Source: an uncultured Planctomycetaceae bacterium | Lineage (GTDB): Bacteria; Planctomycetota; Planctomycetia; Planctomycetales; Planctomycetaceae | Assembly: GCA_963815195.1 (NCBI GenBank) | Contig: CAWFGE010000007.1 | Location: forward strand, 256,001 to 320,000 | DNA length: 64,000 bases | Reading direction: 5' to 3' | In this document: positions 48,484 through 57,419 of the stretch, one piece after another | Numbering within the stretch: the first letter of the stretch is position 1 | Layout: every line of letters starts with the position of its first letter | Translations under genes and position numbers: made by a program | Notes under the pieces: model-generated | The model's database searches: none | Told to the model about the DNA's origin: nothing | Seen by the model: only the letters and a program-made list of their open reading frames with translations

Positions 48484-49095
48484 ATGACACGTTTCTTCCT
48501 GGCGGCGGCATTGGCGAGTTGTGTGCTCGGTTTGAACGCGGGGGCGGCTTCGGCGGCGAAGTTCAACAAGAAAGTCGACGTCGGCGACACGCCGGCCGAG
48601 TGGAAAGATCTCGAAGGCATTGACGGCAAAACGCACAGCCTCGCCGATTACAAAAAAGCCGACGTCCTGGTGATCGCCTTCACCTGCAACCATTGCCCGG
48701 TGGCGAATGCTTATGTCGACCGCTTCAACAAGCTGGCCGAGAAATACGGCGAGAAGAAAGTGCGGTTCGTGGCCATCAACGTCAGCGACAGCCCGGTGGA
48801 CAGCATGGACAACATGATCAAGCGGGCGAAGGACAAAGGCTACAAGTTCGACTATCTCCAGGACCTCAGCCAGGACAGCGCCCGGGCGTACGGGGCGCTC
48901 GTCACGCCGCATTTGTTCGTGCTCGACAAAGACCGCAAGATCGCCTACATGGGGGCCTTCGACGACAGCATGAACCCCGCCGAGGTCGAAAAGCATTACG
49001 TCCGCGACGCCGTCGATGCCCTGCTCGCCGGCAAAAAGCCCGAGGTCAAAGAGTCCCTCCAATTCGGCTGCGGCATCGAATACAAGCGGAAATGA
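48484..49095 (+). CDS. Secreted thioredoxin-like (AhpC/TSA, redoxin) protein
   Basis: AAGGAG RBS and signal peptide; FTCNHCP, YGA-VTPH-FV, Y-GA-DD and GC-I motifs. Confidence 0.88.
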   Translation: MTRFFLAAALASCVLGLNAGAASAAKFNKKVDVGDTPAEWKDLEGIDGKTHSLADYKKADVLVIAFTCNHCPVANAYVDRFNKLAEKYGEKKVRFVAINVSDSPVDSMDNMIKRAKDKGYKFDYLQDLSQDSARAYGALVTPHLFVLDKDRKIAYMGAFDDSMNPAEVEKHYVRDAVDALLAGKKPEVKESLQFGCGIEYKRK

Positions 49096-49265
49096 TGTCC
49101 TCGGCCTAAGCCCGGCTCATCTCGGGCGTCGTCTTTGCGATCGCGACTCGATGACGAGTGTGCGCGCGGACAACGGAGCCGCATGTGGGAGGCGGGACAG
49201 CTTGCGGTGCGGAATCGCGGCCGATACGATCGCGCTTTTGAGTTTCTGTCGTTCCAAAAATGCCA

Positions 49266-49348
49266 GAGCCGCGCCACGAAGTCAGCGGGACAGCGACTTC
49301 TGAATCTGAAGTCTGAAGGGCAAAAACCGCTTACTTCGTGCGCGGCTC
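49266..49348. repeat. REP-like inverted repeat, family A
   Basis: GAGCCGCGCCACGAAGTCAGCGG ... ACCGCTTACTTCGTGCGCGGCTC; the spacer holds TCTGAA repeats. Confidence 0.8.
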
Positions 49349-49378
49349 CTAATGACATCCTTCGAGAGGGCATGGTTG

Positions 49379-50407
49379 ATGAAAGCATTGGTCAAACGCC
49401 GCGCGGAGCCGGGGTTATGGTTGGAGGATGTTCCCGAACCGGAGGTGGGACTCAACGATGTGTTGATCCGCGTGGACCGCACGGGCATCTGCGGCACGGA
49501 TTTGCACATCTACAAATGGGACAAGTGGGCCCAGAAGACGATCCCGGTGCCGATGGTCGTGGGGCACGAGTTCGTGGGCGAAGTCGTCCGCGTCGGCTCG
49601 AATGTGGCGGACTTTCATCCGGGCGAAGTCGTCAGCGGCGAAGGGCACGTGGTCTGCGGCCGTTGCCGGAATTGCCTCGCGGGGCGGAGGCATCTGTGCA
49701 AGGACACGCAGGGCGTGGGCGTCAATCGGCCCGGGGCGTTTGCGGAGTACATTTCGCTGCCGATGACGAACGTTTGGCATCATCGCGAGACGGTGGACCG
49801 GGACGTGGCGGCGATTTTCGATCCCTTCGGCAACGCCGTGCACACCGCGCTATCGTTTCCCGTCCTGGGCGAGGATGTTTTGATCACCGGGGCCGGTCCG
49901 ATCGGAATCATGGCGGCCGCGGTGGTCCGTCACGCCGGGGCGAGGCACGTCGTGATCACCGACGTCAACCCATACCGGTTGGAGCTGGCGCGGAAGATGG
50001 GAGCCACGCTGGCGATCGACGTCCGCGAAACCTCTATCGCCGAGACCCAAAAACAACTCGACATGCACGAGGGGTTCGATGTGGGCCTGGAAATGTCCGG
50101 CAATTCCGACGCCTTCAACGACATGCTCGCCAATATGTGCCACGGCGGGAAGATCGCGATGCTCGGCATCCCGGAGAAGGAAATGGCGATCGACTGGAAC
50201 CTGGTCGTGTTCAACATGTTGACCATCAAAGGCATTTACGGCCGGGAAATGTACGAGACCTGGTACAAAATGACCGTGATGCTCGAAAGCGGCTTGGACA
50301 TCCGCCCCGTGATCACCCACCGCTTCCACCACTCGGAATTTGAAAAAGGCTTCGAGGTCATGCGGTCCGGCAACTCCGGCAAAGTCCTTTTGAATTGGCG
50401 CGACTGA
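49379..50407 (+). CDS. tdh: L-threonine 3-dehydrogenase
   Basis: [44 protein letters not shown] and [14 protein letters not shown]. Confidence 0.96.
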   Translation: MKALVKRRAEPGLWLEDVPEPEVGLNDVLIRVDRTGICGTDLHIYKWDKWAQKTIPVPMVVGHEFVGEVVRVGSNVADFHPGEVVSGEGHVVCGRCRNCLAGRRHLCKDTQGVGVNRPGAFAEYISLPMTNVWHHRETVDRDVAAIFDPFGNAVHTALSFPVLGEDVLITGAGPIGIMAAAVVRHAGARHVVITDVNPYRLELARKMGATLAIDVRETSIAETQKQLDMHEGFDVGLEMSGNSDAFNDMLANMCHGGKIAMLGIPEKEMAIDWNLVVFNMLTIKGIYGREMYETWYKMTVMLESGLDIRPVITHRFHHSEFEKGFEVMRSGNSGKVLLNWRD

Positions 50408-50604
50408 CGGTGAGCGGCCGGCGTCAGCGGGTTGATCACGCCAAAAAAAATAATGCGTTTCCGAATTCAAAACGATCATGGGGCTGACGCCCGGCCTGAC
50501 GCCCCGCTCCCGGGGGAGAATTTCAGGACTGGCATTCGCGGGCCGTTGCTCGATAAAATGAAAATTGAGAGGGAGTCGTCCAATCCGCAATCGTGAGGTG
50601 GCCC

Positions 50605-51078
50605 ATGTCGGGGATGGCAATCGGAATCTGGACCGTCGCGGCGGTGGCCGCTTTCGTCCTCGCCTGGAGGCCGCTTAGGAACTGGTGGCGAAAACAGGAG
50701 GTGCGCGAAGCTGTGCGCAGGTTTCGCCTGCAGCGCGAGCAATTGGAGGCCCGCTTCTTCGACATGGCCCGCACGCAAGGCAAACCCCGCGGCCTTCGCT
50801 GGCTGGATTGCGATTGGCAGTCCGACGTGACCTTCGCCCGCGATTTGCATTCGGGGCTCTTAACCGCGTTCGTGGCGGTCAATATCTACTTTGAGGCCAT
50901 CGAAGGCGGCGACATGGAAGATGTGGAACACGTGAGCACCGTGCGGGACGCGGCGGCGCTGTTTCATTATCAGCACGGCCGCTGGGGAACGGGCGGCCGG
51001 CCGCTGTTCAACATGAACCCGCGCGAGGTTGTCTCCCGCTTTGAAGGCCAATTCGAGCCGGTCTCGATCGATCCATAA
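50605..51078 (+). CDS. Conserved planctomycete hypothetical protein
   Basis: GAGGTG RBS, N-terminal TM, GKPRGLRW, FEAIEGGDME and GR-LFNMNP. Confidence 0.7.
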   Translation: MSGMAIGIWTVAAVAAFVLAWRPLRNWWRKQEVREAVRRFRLQREQLEARFFDMARTQGKPRGLRWLDCDWQSDVTFARDLHSGLLTAFVAVNIYFEAIEGGDMEDVEHVSTVRDAAALFHYQHGRWGTGGRPLFNMNPREVVSRFEGQFEPVSIDP

Positions 51079-51181
51079 GCCGGCCTCCGCGAGCCGGACG
51101 ATCGGAGCGAGTCATTGACCCTGCCTGATTCGCCCACCATAATGGAGTGGGAATTCTTCCGGCGGGATGAGGAGGTCTGGG

Positions 51182-52360
51182 ATGGCTCGGTTTGGAATCG
51201 CATCGATAATCTTCGCGCTCGCCTTCCTGCCCGCGAAAGCGTGGCCGCAACACCATCATCAGACGATCCGCTATCCGCGGGTGTACGGAGCCACGGGCCA
51301 TCTCTACGGGCCGACCCAGGCCTATTATCAATACCAAAGGCAGTACGGGCATCCCTGGAACGGATATGGCGGGATTACCGCCCCGGCGACCGTGGGCACG
51401 GGTTATCAATACGTCAACGGCTATCCCGCCGGCGGGTTGTCCTACGGGTATCTCGCCTACCAGGGCTACGGCGGTTTCGGGGTCGGCTACGGGGGTTTTG
51501 GGGCCGGCTATGGGGGCTATGTCGTGCCGCCGGGCTACAATCCGTTTCCCAGCTACACTCCGCCGGTGCCCACGATGATTTATTCCAACCCTCTGCTGTT
51601 GGGCAATGGCGCGCTGAACCCGGGTCTGCCGAATAACGCCGCGTTGAATCAGCCCCTGAATCTGCCGGACGCCCCGGGAGCGAACCTGCCCCCGCCGCCG
51701 AGCACGGCGGAAGCGAAACTAAAAAGCGTCCGGGCTCAGGCTCAAGGGGACATCTGGTTCAAACAGCAAGAGTACCACAAGGCGTTTGACCGCTACAAAG
51801 CGGCGGTGTCCGAAGCCCCGGACCGCGGGGCGGCCCATCTTCGCCTGGCGATTTGCTACGCGGCCCTGGGGCATTTGGATTTGGCGGTGCGGCAGTTGAA
51901 GGCGGGTGCGTTCTCGGATCCCAAACTGGCTGCGGACGCCGAACCGCTCAAGGACATCTACGGCGCGCAGAATTCGATTCCGCAAGCCTCGATGGTGCAT
52001 CGGGCCACGCTGTGGGCCAAGGATGATATCCGCGACCCGGACCGTTTGTTTCTGTTGGGGGCGATGTTGTATCTCCAGGGCGACGAGCGAGCCGCGATTC
52101 CGTTGCAGACGGGAATGGAGCTTCAAGGCGGGGGCGATCACTTCCGCAGTTTTCTGGTCGCCGCTCAAGCTGCGAAAAACGCGGGAAATCCAGCCGCCGG
52201 TTCCGCACCGCATCCCCAAGTCATCGACCAGACTCCGCATCCGCAAACGACTCCGCAAAACGGCAACGCCGGGGGCCTGCCGCCGTTGCCCGCGCCGCCG
52301 TCCTCCGCACCGGGCAATCTTCCGCAAAATCCCGCCCCGCTGAACCCGATCCTTCCCTGA
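51182..52360 (+). CDS. Secreted TPR protein with Gly/Tyr-rich N-terminus and Pro-rich tail
   Basis: Signal peptide, YGG-rich low-complexity region, TPR (GD-WFK-Y-KA-Y). Confidence 0.75.
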   Translation: MARFGIASIIFALAFLPAKAWPQHHHQTIRYPRVYGATGHLYGPTQAYYQYQRQYGHPWNGYGGITAPATVGTGYQYVNGYPAGGLSYGYLAYQGYGGFGVGYGGFGAGYGGYVVPPGYNPFPSYTPPVPTMIYSNPLLLGNGALNPGLPNNAALNQPLNLPDAPGANLPPPPSTAEAKLKSVRAQAQGDIWFKQQEYHKAFDRYKAAVSEAPDRGAAHLRLAICYAALGHLDLAVRQLKAGAFSDPKLAADAEPLKDIYGAQNSIPQASMVHRATLWAKDDIRDPDRLFLLGAMLYLQGDERAAIPLQTGMELQGGGDHFRSFLVAAQAAKNAGNPAAGSAPHPQVIDQTPHPQTTPQNGNAGGLPPLPAPPSSAPGNLPQNPAPLNPILP

Positions 52361-52390
52361 CCGGCCCGATCCTCAAGAAATTTTTTCCGC

Positions 52391-53158
52391 ATGCGCGAAC
52401 GTCTTTTGGTCACCCTCTGCACCTACAACGAACGGGAAAACATCCGGGGACTGATTCCGGAAATCCACAAGCATGCCCCGGACGCGGATGTCTTGGTGAT
52501 CGACGACAACTCCCCCGACGGCACCGGGGCGTTGGCGGACGACATGAGCCAGGGCGACGGCCGGATCGCCGTGCTGCATCGGCCGCGGAAAGCCGGTCTG
52601 GGGGCCGCGACGCTCGCGGGTTTTCGCCACGCGATCGAGCATGGCTACGATTTTGTGATCAACATGGACGCCGACTTCAGCCACCCGCCGAGCGCGATGC
52701 CCGCGCTGCGGGCGGCAATGGAAACGGCCGACGTCGCGATCGGCTCCCGGTACATTCCCGGCGGCGGGATTCGCGGTTGGGGCTGGCTTCGGCATTTCAT
52801 GAGCCGGGGCGTGAACTGGTACTCCCGGCTGCTATTGGGCCTTCGCACCCGCGATAACAGCGGCAGTTACCGCTGTTACCGGATTTCCAATCTCGCGGAA
52901 ATCGATTTCGGCCGCGTGCGATCCAAAGGCTATGCGTTCCAGGAAGAAATCCTCTACCGCTGCCGGCGCGCGGGCTGCCAATTCGCGGAAACGCCCATCG
53001 TGTTTGAAGACCGCCGGTATGGATCATCCAAAATCAACCTTTGGGAAGTCCTCACAGCGCTGTGGGTCATCTTCCGCCTGGGCGTGGACAACTTTCTGGG
53101 CGTTCCCGTCACCGCCCTGCCCAAAACCGAACCGTCCAATGCGGACAGCGATGTTTGA
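52391..53158 (+). CDS. Polyprenol monophosphomannose synthase-like glycosyltransferase (GT2)
   Basis: TYNERENI, IDDNSPDGTG, GLG-A, MDADFSH, GSRY-PGG, GYAFQEE and F-DRR-G-SK. Confidence 0.9.
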   Translation: MRERLLVTLCTYNERENIRGLIPEIHKHAPDADVLVIDDNSPDGTGALADDMSQGDGRIAVLHRPRKAGLGAATLAGFRHAIEHGYDFVINMDADFSHPPSAMPALRAAMETADVAIGSRYIPGGGIRGWGWLRHFMSRGVNWYSRLLLGLRTRDNSGSYRCYRISNLAEIDFGRVRSKGYAFQEEILYRCRRAGCQFAETPIVFEDRRYGSSKINLWEVLTALWVIFRLGVDNFLGVPVTALPKTEPSNADSDV

Positions 53159-53180
53159 GTCCAGATTTCACTCAGAAAAT

Positions 53181-53286
53181 GTGAGCGGCACGGCGTAGCC
53201 GCCGGTCTTGATGCTTATCGTTGATCAAAGCCGGCGGCTAGCGCCTTGCGTTGATCAAAGCCGGCGGCTAGCGCCTTGCCGCTCAC
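53181..53286. repeat. REP-like family B inverted pair with a 30-bp tandem duplication
   Basis: GTGAGCGGCACGGCGTAGCCGCCGGTCTTGAT, then TTGATCAAAGCCGGCGGCTAGCGCCTTGC twice, ending in GCTCAC. Confidence 0.75.
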
Positions 53287-54114
53287 TCAATCGTGGCTAT
53301 GTTCCGCCGCGGGGAATTCGCCCGAGAGGACTTCTCGCAGGTAGCGATCGGTGGCCGCGAGGACGGTGGACTTTAAGTCGGCGTAGCGTTTGAGGAACTT
53401 GGGTTCGAAGCCGCTTGTCAGGCCGAGCATATCGCAACTGACGAGCACCTGCCCGTCGCAATGGGCCCCCGCACCGATGCCGATGGTGGGGATGCTCAAT
53501 TCCGCCGTGATCGCCTGGGCGATTTTTTGGGGGATCAGTTCCAGAATGATCGCGAACGCCCCGGCTTTTTCGGCGGCGCGGGCGTCGGCGAGGAGTTGCT
53601 TTTCGTCGCGGGCGATTTTGGCCATCGTGCCCAACTTCCGCACGGACTGCGGCCGCATGCCGATGTGGGCCATCACCGGCAGGTCGGCCGAGGCGAGGGC
53701 TTCCATCGTGCCCGCCTGCTTGACGCCGCCTTCCAACTTGACCGCCGCCGCCCCGGTCTCCTTCAAAATCCGCCCCGCGTTGCGAATGGCCTGCGTCGGC
53801 GACTCCTGAAACGACATAAACGGCATGTCCGCAATGACTAACGCATATTTCGCCGCGCGGGCCACCATCTCGGTGTGGTAGATGATCTGATCCAGCGTGA
53901 CGGGCAAGGTGGTGGAGTGCCCCTGCACGACCATCCCCAACGAATCGCCGACGAGCAAACTGTCGACGCCCGCCTCATCAAAAATCCCCGCCCAGAGAAA
54001 ATCGTACGCGGTCAACATCGTCAATTGGCGGCCGTTTTTCTTGGCCGCCTGAAACCGCGGGATCGTCATCGGCTTGCGAGGCGAGGCGGACGAGGAATCG
54101 AGATAGGTGGGCAT
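53287..54114 (-). CDS. panB: 3-methyl-2-oxobutanoate hydroxymethyltransferase
   Basis: MLTAYD, LVGDSLGMVVQG, ADMPF, VKLEGG, HIG-PQ and PTIGIGAG-CDGQVLV. Confidence 0.96.
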   Translation of the reverse strand: MPTYLDSSSASPRKPMTIPRFQAAKKNGRQLTMLTAYDFLWAGIFDEAGVDSLLVGDSLGMVVQGHSTTLPVTLDQIIYHTEMVARAAKYALVIADMPFMSFQESPTQAIRNAGRILKETGAAAVKLEGGVKQAGTMEALASADLPVMAHIGMRPQSVRKLGTMAKIARDEKQLLADARAAEKAGAFAIILELIPQKIAQAITAELSIPTIGIGAGAHCDGQVLVSCDMLGLTSGFEPKFLKRYADLKSTVLAATDRYLREVLSGEFPAAEHSHD

Positions 54115-54373
54115 GGCGAAGCGGTTTTCCATTCGAGGATTGCGATTCACCCCAAGTATCGGATTCGGCCCTCCGCCTGACAAGTGGTTGCACACAGTTT
54201 TCGCGGACGCGGCCGGAAGCGAATGACGCAATCTGATCCGCGCAGAATCAAACACATGTTGCGTTTTGCAACAGCCTTCCCGAGGAAACCCGCGAAGGCG
54301 GAATCGGTTGTAATTTTTTCAAATCCCATCTGCCAATGTGTTTGCGTCGATATACTAACTCCGGGGCGACCTC

Positions 54374-54390
54374 TTGGCACGAAACATGCT
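54374..54390 (+). promoter_or_regulatory. Putative sigma-54 (-24/-12) promoter
   Basis: TTGGCACGAAACATGCT has correct GG-N10-GC spacing. Confidence 0.4.
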
Positions 54391-54693
54391 TTCCAATGGG
54401 GCAGTCAAAAAGTTAAGCGTTGGCCCGCACTTGCTTTTTGATCAATTTCGAGCGTCTCAAGCAATTTGTTGTTTGAGACGCTTTTTTTTGCGCGCACATT
54501 CCGATTCGAGGCGTATACATATCTTGTCCGCGCTCTTTCACCTCTCCAAATCCGTGGTTGATCACCACACAAACAGATCATCGGCGTCCGCCCCCCCGAT
54601 TCGCCGGAAGAGGCTTAGAAAACTGTCACGCGCGGCGGAAGTTGTTAGAATGAACAAAAACCAATCCGCCGGTCTTTTCACAGGTGCGATCGG

Positions 54694-55881
54694 ATGAAAG
54701 TTCTTCTCTCCTTCTGCCTGCTCGCAATCGCCGGGTCTGCCTGGGCGGAGGAACCGGTTCTGAATCGCCCGGTTCCCGATCGGCTGACTGGGGCCCCCCT
54801 GCGGAAGGCGCTCGCGACGTACTTCAGTTCCTCATGGGAGAACGAGGAACTGCGGATCATTCTCCATCGGCTGGCAGACGAGTATAAAACCGCCGTGCTT
54901 CTCGATCGCAGCCTCGATCCCAATCAAAAATTGACCCTGGATATTGGCTACCAAGCGCTGTCGTCGGGCTTCGGGGCGGTGGCTCAATCCGCGTCCGCGG
55001 GGCTGTGCCTGGCCGGGAACACCATGTACATCGGCCCGCCCGAGCGTGCCGCGAAGCTCCGGACGCTGATGTCCCTGCGATCGCAAGAGCCGATCGCCGC
55101 GGAAGCCAAGCTCCCGCCCGGACGCGGTTTGGCGCTGTCGCGGGTCGAGACGGTGCATTGGAACGATCTGGACGAACCGAAGCGGATCGCGATCGATTTG
55201 GCGAAGCGGGCCGGCGTGAGCATCGTCAATCCCGAAGCCATTCCGTACGACCTCTGGGCGTCGGCCACGATTCCACAAGCCAGCTTCGCGGAAGCGATGT
55301 CGCTGATTTTGATTCAATTCGATCTCACGTTCGCCTGGAACGCGGACACGACGAAAATCCAACTGGTTCCGGTCCCCAAGAGCGTGGGCGTGGAAAAATC
55401 CTATTCGCCAGCCGGCGGTCCGAGCCAGCGGGCGTCCGCCGCGGTTCGAGAGCGGTTCCTCGAAAGCGTCGCCAAAGCCTACAATCAGCAATTCCCCGGC
55501 ATCACTTGCCGGGTGGATGTGGAGCACCATCAGATCTGGATCAAAGCCACTCTGGAACAGCACGAGGCCCTCAGAAACGCCGGCCAGGCCAAGCCCCAAG
55601 CCAACCCCCCCGCGGCCAAGGTCCCCCCGGTCCGCCGGCGGGAATTTACGCTCCGCATCGAACAAGTGAAGGCCGGCGACCTGTTCAAGAAACTCGAAGA
55701 GACGGGCATCAACATGAAATATGATTCCCGGCAACTCGCCGCGAAGGGCATCGATCTCGAACAGCGGATTAACATCGATGTGGAAAAAGCGAAGGCCGAC
55801 GAGTTCTTTCGCACGATCTGCGATCCCTTAGGGCTGAAGTTCGCGATCGACAACCTGACCGTGACGCTTACGCCGAAGTGA
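54694..55881 (+). CDS. Secreted hypothetical protein with secretin-N/STN-like repeats
   Basis: Signal peptide; L-RLA-LDR-LDP, IP-DLW-A and terminal I-L-GL-F-I motifs. Confidence 0.7.
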   Translation: MKVLLSFCLLAIAGSAWAEEPVLNRPVPDRLTGAPLRKALATYFSSSWENEELRIILHRLADEYKTAVLLDRSLDPNQKLTLDIGYQALSSGFGAVAQSASAGLCLAGNTMYIGPPERAAKLRTLMSLRSQEPIAAEAKLPPGRGLALSRVETVHWNDLDEPKRIAIDLAKRAGVSIVNPEAIPYDLWASATIPQASFAEAMSLILIQFDLTFAWNADTTKIQLVPVPKSVGVEKSYSPAGGPSQRASAAVRERFLESVAKAYNQQFPGITCRVDVEHHQIWIKATLEQHEALRNAGQAKPQANPPAAKVPPVRRREFTLRIEQVKAGDLFKKLEETGINMKYDSRQLAAKGIDLEQRINIDVEKAKADEFFRTICDPLGLKFAIDNLTVTLTPK

Positions 55882-55937
55882 CGCTCATCATCCAGCGGGT
55901 TCTGGCTCGGCGCAAATCGATTTTATCGACACAACCG

Positions 55938-57114
55938 CTAACCCGGGGCCGCCAATCGCTTGAGCGCCTGATCCAGATGAAACCGCTCCACGCCCATCGC
56001 GGATTTGAGTTCCCGGGCCCTCTTTTCCGCTTCTTCTGACGCAGGCGACACCCCGTCCCGGCGGACGGCCCGGATGAGCACGTTTTTCGCGGTGTGCTCC
56101 ATGTCGATGAACTCCACAACCTGCACCTTGTAACCCAGGCGTTCGAGGGCTTGGGCGCGGAGGGCGTCGGTCAAGATCGCGGCCAGGCGGTCTTTGAGGA
56201 TCCCATGCTGCGTGACCGCCGGCAAAAACTCCGCCGGAAGTTTCGATGCAATCTCGTGCTGACAACAAGGCACGGCGAGAATGACCTCGGCGTTCCAGGC
56301 GACGGCTTTGGCGATCGCCTCATCGGTCGCCGTGTCACAGGCATGCAGCGACACCGCGAGATGCACGCGGTCTTCCTCATGTTCCCCAATGTCGCCCACG
56401 CGAAATTCCAGACCCGCCAGGTTCAGACGGTCCGCGATTTTTTGACAATCCCGAATCACGCCAGCTTTAAGGTCCAGGCCCACGATCCGCACCTCCCGCT
56501 GATGGATGTTCGTCAGCAAATGATGGAGCGCGAACGTGAGGTAACTCTTCCCGCAGCCAAAATCCACGACGTTCAAAACCCCCTCGCGGGGCAGGTGGGG
56601 AATCACATCGTTCACCAGTTCGAGATACCGGTTGATCTGGCGGAATTTTTTGTAGCGGCTGGCTTTGACGCCGCCGGCGGTGGTCATCACCCCGATCTCG
56701 GCCAGAAACGGGCAGGGCTGGTTATCGGGAATCAGATACTGCTTGGCCCGGTTGTGGGGTTCCTCGCCAGCGGGCTTTTGTTTGCTCGGCGGGGACGTGG
56801 TGATTTTCACTCGGCCTTTGCGGTTCACGCGGGCGGCATAATCGGCCTGCGACGTGAACACATGCCCGTCGGCAAAAACCTCCCCAAACAGCCGTCCCGC
56901 CTTGGCGAGAGTTTCCTCCGGCGAGAGATTTTCATGGATCTCCTGCCCGTTCCTGCGCGGCCCATTGGTAATGCCGGCGTCCGCGAAGCTCCACCGGCCG
57001 CACAGTCCATTTGTCCTCGGACACCGCGCACGCCGCGCAGGGTTTGCTGAGCACCAGCCCCAGCAAATCCTCCTCCGCCAACGCGGTTTTCAAAATGTCT
57101 TCAAACCGTTGCAT
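55938..57114 (-). CDS. SAM-dependent methyltransferase, frameshift near 56960
   Basis: HNR-KQY, KFRQINRYLE, VDFGCGKSYLTF, LHACDTATD, VPCCQHE and EF-EHTAKN. The N-terminus lies in the 56932-57114 frame. Confidence 0.85.
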
Positions 57115-57218
57115 GCTGGTATTAAGCGGTAGGCGTTGAAAGAACCGACGAGTCGTCTCAATGATCCATTAGATCATAGCCGCAAACCAAATCGAGGGAA
57201 GCAACAGGATTCGTATTA

Positions 57219-57270
57219 GCCCGAACCGCCAGCGAGGGAATAGGTTACCCGCCTCGCTGGCGGTTCGGGC
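57219..57270. repeat. Perfect 19-bp inverted repeat (REP-like)
   Basis: GCCCGAACCGCCAGCGAGG / CCTCGCTGGCGGTTCGGGC between divergent genes. Confidence 0.7.
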
Positions 57271-57419
57271 GAAGTGAGAATCACGCAAAACGTATGCCTC
57301 TCGTCAAATTTCCTTGCGGAATGTCCGCTTGTTGAGGAAGGGGGCGGCGTCTATACTTCCAGTGTTCGCCCGACTTCAAGCGGGCCGGTTTTTTGATTGA
57401 AAAAATGGGTGGATTTACG

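Noticed and set aside
54420..54435. Second sigma-54 promoter
   Set aside because: GG-to-GC spacing is 9 bp rather than the required 10.
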